This document shows, in pieces, positions 59,926 to 64,000 of a stretch of DNA of 64,000 nucleotides. The translations under genes were made by a program, and so were the position numbers. Under the pieces are notes generated by a model, which saw nothing but the letters and a program-made list of their open reading frames with translations, had not been told where the DNA came from and made no database searches. The first letter of the stretch is position 1. Every line of letters begins with the position of its first letter. This DNA is from Neodothiora populina (Eukaryota): the NCBI RefSeq assembly GCF_041146345.1, contig NW_027191409.1:186001-250000 (forward strand), in the 5' to 3' direction.

Positions 59926-60047
59926 GCACCGCTGTCGCCAAGTCTGCGATGACTGCTACCAAGGCTGGGAATGCGAAGAAGACCTCGTCGACTCCTACCC
60001 CTACCCCTACCCCTACTGCGACCAAGGGCAAGAAGCAACAGTTCTGA
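59046..60047 (+). CDS. Secreted glycoside hydrolase family 16 protein with Ser/Thr-rich tail
   Basis: Signal peptide and KR site; catalytic motif ETDIE (ExDxE); FHEYRYDW..FYIDG, WNQWSNG; (TCG)13 poly-Ser at 59886-59924. Confidence 0.88.
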
Positions 60048-60238
60048 TCATCCGCTCTAATTTGACCTCTCTTTCTATTTTCTCTGTGATAAGCGAAGAT
60101 GGTTGGAATCTTCGAATGTCTAGGATTTGTATATAGCCCCGTGTGGTCGAGCGATAGCGAGAGATGTCAGTTATCATATAATTGTATCATAAAAAGTAGA
60201 AACGTACATAGCACTGCAAAGTCAATTAATTCTTCCGT

Positions 60239-62443
60239 TCAAACATATCCAACGAGCACCTCATGGTATCCACCACTCACACTCGAGAGATTGAGCGCCT
60301 TCAATCCGCCAGCGATATTCTTCCCATCGAACTTGACACTCTGGTTCGCATGTGCCTCACTCTCAGACAGCAGCGTAACCCTCCCCACAGTCCCCGCAGG
60401 CGCACTCCACTCAAGCCTGACTCCGCCACTCGTCTCATTCTTACTCCACTTGGCCCAGAACTTGCCCAGCTCCGTCACAAACCCCCCTGAACATCGGTCA
60501 GTCCATCCGCGTCAAAGGCAGGCTTCAGGCTCCACCTCGAGCCACTGCGGCCGACAACACTGAGTCCCAGAATGAAGTTCGTGAGCGCGGATGTAGGCCC
60601 TGTCGACCAGCCGTGAGAATGTGAAATGTACGAGGCGTCGTAGCCGTAGCCGCGCGAGGAGCGGTAGCCGAAGGTGCCGTTTACTAGATAGCCTTCTATG
60701 TGGGTCGAGGTGGAGCCGTTCGGGTTGTGCAGGTACCAGCCCCATGAGCGGCGGATGAGGTCTAGGGCTCGGTCTTTTTGTCACCGTCAGTTGTCTTTCT
60801 AGGTATGTAGTTGTAGACGATTTGTGGGGGGTGGGTCAGGAGAGGAGGACAGGGAGAGATAAGGAGAAAGGGGAAACGGGGAGGGAGGAGAGAGAGTTTG
60901 GCTGTTACGTACTCGTCTGGCCTATCAACATATGAGCTTGAATCTCAAAGGACGAGATAAAAGGCGATATGTTTTCCGGTAATTCAGGCGCTTCGGCGCC
61001 AATTGGCGTCCAGTTTCTCGTGAGCTTTTCCGAAATCGATTGAGCTCGGGAGGAATTGGCAGTCGACGGCGGGACTACACCGAAGAGTATTGCAAGGCTA
61101 TTTGCATCTTGCGGATGCAAGGTGGTGGCCGTAGCGTTGTCCTTGAAGGCGCCGTACGACTCATCCCAACAGTACTTGTTGATGGTCGTGCTGAGCTTGT
61201 CTGCTCGTGTGTTGTATGTGCTGCTCAGATTCGTCGAGTCTCCCACCCAAGTTGCAAGATCGGCTCCTGTGCGTAGAGTGTGATAGAGAATCATGTTCGC
61301 CTCGCTGTTGTTGAAGCCTTGCTGCCATCTCGCCCAGTCGCGGATACCGGTCACGTTCAGCAAGCCGCTGGGCTGAACTTTGGCATAGACGTAATCCATG
61401 GCGCGGGTGTACTTCGCCCAATTCTTGGCAAGGAAGGCCGTGTCGTTTGTGTACAGCAGATAATTGTATGTCCCGATCATTGTCCAACAATGGTAGGTAT
61501 CAGAGCCCTGCTGCAGAAGTGGTGGGCCTGCTTCCGGGAAGGAGCCATCCGAGTTCTGATGATCGTACATTGTTTGAAGAGCATTAACGACGCTGGTGAG
61601 ATCACCAATGCTCACAAATGTCGACGGCACTGCGATGCCCATGTCTCCTGGCCAGACTGCACGGTCTCGCTTGGCACCATCGACAATGACAGTATCGCCA
61701 GGTGACATTGTTCCGTTGTTCGCCCAGCCATAAGCCAAGGTCGGAACCCATCGTCCAGTGTCGACGGGTACATTGTTGGTCTGCAAAGTATACGCTCCAC
61801 TATACCAGATCTTGTTCAATTCGTCGTCATTGCTGTGGAAATAGCCCTGGTAAGCACGGAGATTCGACCAGGTCGGCTGGAAGCCGATTTCGAGAGATAC
61901 ATCTTCTATGTCGATTGTAGACGACTGTTGTGTTGTGATCAAGAACAGCGTCAAGTAACGGAAGCCACCGCGTAAATGTGGCAAGTCCATAGTGTAAGTG
62001 AAATTACCAGAAGTAGAAAAGTTCGAATGGATGGCGCCATCGCCATACTTGAACTTGCCATTGGAAGAGTCCGAGGCCAGTCCGATCCAGTTCTTCGCTT
62101 CCGAAAACGCGAGACCTAGTGCACCGACACCTGTAGCAGAGTACTTGATCGTGGCTATCCCTCCGACTTCTTTGCCAAAGTCATACACGAAAGCAGACGC
62201 ATTCCCTTGCAGATGTCCTGGTCCTGGGTAAGATGAGATGACGGAAGCATTTGCCAAAGCCAGGATGGAAGCTGGAGCGACGATTCGTGAATCAGGCGAG
62301 TAGATGTTGGCTTCCCATTCACCAGGGAAGGCAGCCTCAGCAGGACCTGAACATGTAATGTTCTGCCAACATGATTGAGCCAAGGCAGGTCTGAAGGAAG
62401 CAGCGAGGAAGAGAGACAGACAAGATTGGAGCGATAACATCAT
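60239..62443 (-). CDS. Secreted alpha-L-rhamnosidase (GH78); apparent 1-nt frameshift at 60482-60487
   Basis: YDFGKEVGG, LRGGFRYLTLF, LNKIWYSGAYT, DGAKRDRAVWPGD; intron 60912-60774; exon 2 RALDLIRRSWGWYL..EGY..SHSHGWSTGPTSAL; last ~80 aa (VTELGKFWAKW..) lie in another frame. Confidence 0.9.
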
Positions 62444-63266
62444 TGCACGTCCTATAGTAAGGTCTACAACTCGATAGACCCAAGAATCAACCTACCTAAC
62501 GTGTCATTCACCTGCAATGACAATGAACCTACCTTTATATAGACATTTATATATTGCAACGCGCAACAAACAAGAAGTCTCGTGTTATATTGCACCGAGG
62601 ACCCCTCGGACAGCATACGCGAGCGGAAAAATCGAGGACCACTGGTTTGAGGTGCCGCGAGCCTGCATTGCAGATCTGGAGGAAAGCGGGGAAATAGTAG
62701 CGTCGAAAGGATCCAGTAGAACCATGACATCTGTAGATCTATTGCGGAGTCCTGTACCTGGCATGTTGAGCAATGACTTGGCATTTTGCTCATGGTCAAG
62801 TTCATCAGAAGTGTATACTTGTAGCAGTTGTGTGTGAAGTCTGAGACGAAAGACGGAAGGTATGAGAGCTATAGGGTGACCAGCTGGTGGCGATGGTCCG
62901 AGGAAGCTCCTTATTGCAGCGACTGGATGCGTTGGCTACAGGTACATGTCCAGTCCATGTGCTTCCAAGCAGTATCACACATGCATGTCTAAGCGAGCAA
63001 TTGGCCCATACAAGGTGCTGTCTGTATTGATAGTGACGGGACCGCAAGGATAAATCGGAGGTGAGGGTCTCCTCTTCGGGAGATACTTGTACAGGCCGAC
63101 GTCAGGGAACAAAAACATGGGGATCAAGGCTTGGCGAGTTTGCAGCGTCCGACTTCAACTGCTGCACTCGTCCCAGAAAGTTGATCAGGTAATTGATTGA
63201 TCATTGATCATTTATCTGTTCATCATACCCACACAACAATCCCTTCCTTGACACCATCTCGACATC

Positions 63267-64000
63267 ATGGCGGACATACAAACCCTGCCTGTAGAGGACG
63301 CAACACCAACAACGCCAGCGTCGCCCTCAACTGGCGTGCAACTACCTCCCGAAAGCGCCACCACAGACGACAATGCGCTCACAGTCATCGAAGCCGACAA
63401 CACCATGATGACGACAACAGAAAGCGGCAAGAAGAAGATCAAGAAGATCATCAAGAAGAAGCGCAGACCAGCACGACCCCAAGTCGACCCGTCGACGTTC
63501 AAGACCGAGCCGCCGCCGCAAACGGGCACCATCTTCAACATCTGGTACAACAAATGGTCAGGCGGCGACAGAGAAGATGCCTACATGTCCAAGCACCAGG
63601 CCAAGGGCCGCTGTAACGTTGCCCTGGACTCGGGATACACCAAAGCCGACAAAGTCGCCGGATCGTATTTCTGCCTCTTCTTCGCGCGGGGACTGTGTCC
63701 CAAGGGCCAGGACTGCGAGTATCTGCACCGACTACCGAACGCGCGCGTGGAAAGGGAGGGCGGACTGGGCGATATCTTCCCCAGCAATGTCGACTGCTTC
63801 GGTCGGGACAAATTCAGCGATTACAGGGATGACATGGGTGGTGTGGGCAGCTTCATGAGAGTCAACAGGACGCTGTACATTGGACGCATTCACGTGACGG
63901 ACGACATTGAGGAGGTTGTCGCCAGACATTTCCAGGAGTGGGGACAAGTTGAGCGCAGTAAGTTTTGCATTTTCCCCCGGTCTCCCAACATCGCAGAGCG
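63267..64000 (+). CDS. CWC2: Pre-mRNA splicing factor Cwc2 (Torus/CCCH + RRM), 3' end beyond window
   Basis: RPARPQVDP..PPQTGTIFNIWYNKWSGGDRED..GRCNVALDSGYTKAD..FCLFFARGLCPKGQDCEYLHRLP..DCFGRDKFSDYRDDMGGVGSF..RTLYIGRI; intron donor near 63958. Confidence 0.95.
   Translation, partial: MADIQTLPVEDATPTTPASPSTGVQLPPESATTDDNALTVIEADNTMMTTTESGKKKIKKIIKKKRRPARPQVDPSTFKTEPPPQTGTIFNIWYNKWSGGDREDAYMSKHQAKGRCNVALDSGYTKADKVAGSYFCLFFARGLCPKGQDCEYLHRLPNARVEREGGLGDIFPSNVDCFGRDKFSDYRDDMGGVGSFMRVNRTLYIGRIHVTDDIEEVVARHFQEWGQVERSKFCIFPRSPNIAE

Overview
Gene-dense, intron-containing genomic DNA from a filamentous ascomycete (Pezizomycotina; exact taxon not determinable by eye). About 24 protein-coding genes can be supported. 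Most are conserved housekeeping genes: Pin4-like RRM/R3H protein, BMT2, RPL25, TIM8, a Cut12-domain protein, GCN2, RPL41, a Mek1-like FHA kinase, SEC72, an FLX1-like carrier, CAF1/POP2, UBC1, RPT2, PHA2, H2A.Z and CWC2. There are two small metabolic modules: a divergent IDO/kynureninase pair next to a Zn2Cys6 regulator and an MFS transporter, and a divergent Zn2Cys6 regulator/peroxisomal copper amine oxidase pair. Three genes encode secreted proteins (a mucin-like protein, a GH16 and a GH78). Notable observations: (i) IDO and the GH78 rhamnosidase each carry a one-base frameshift exactly at a G6 run, most likely an assembly homopolymer error, though pseudogenisation or recoding is not excluded; (ii) a repeated AACACCG motif in the IDO/kynureninase bidirectional promoter; (iii) an orphan gene split by a single in-frame TGA; (iv) a hidden 25-aa RPL41 gene missed by the ORF track; (v) H2A.Z introns with a GC donor, four ACGCGT (MCB) boxes and a long-range hairpin. 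No tRNA, rRNA, CRISPR array or transposon was recognised. All exon boundaries were inferred by manual reading and no database searches were run.
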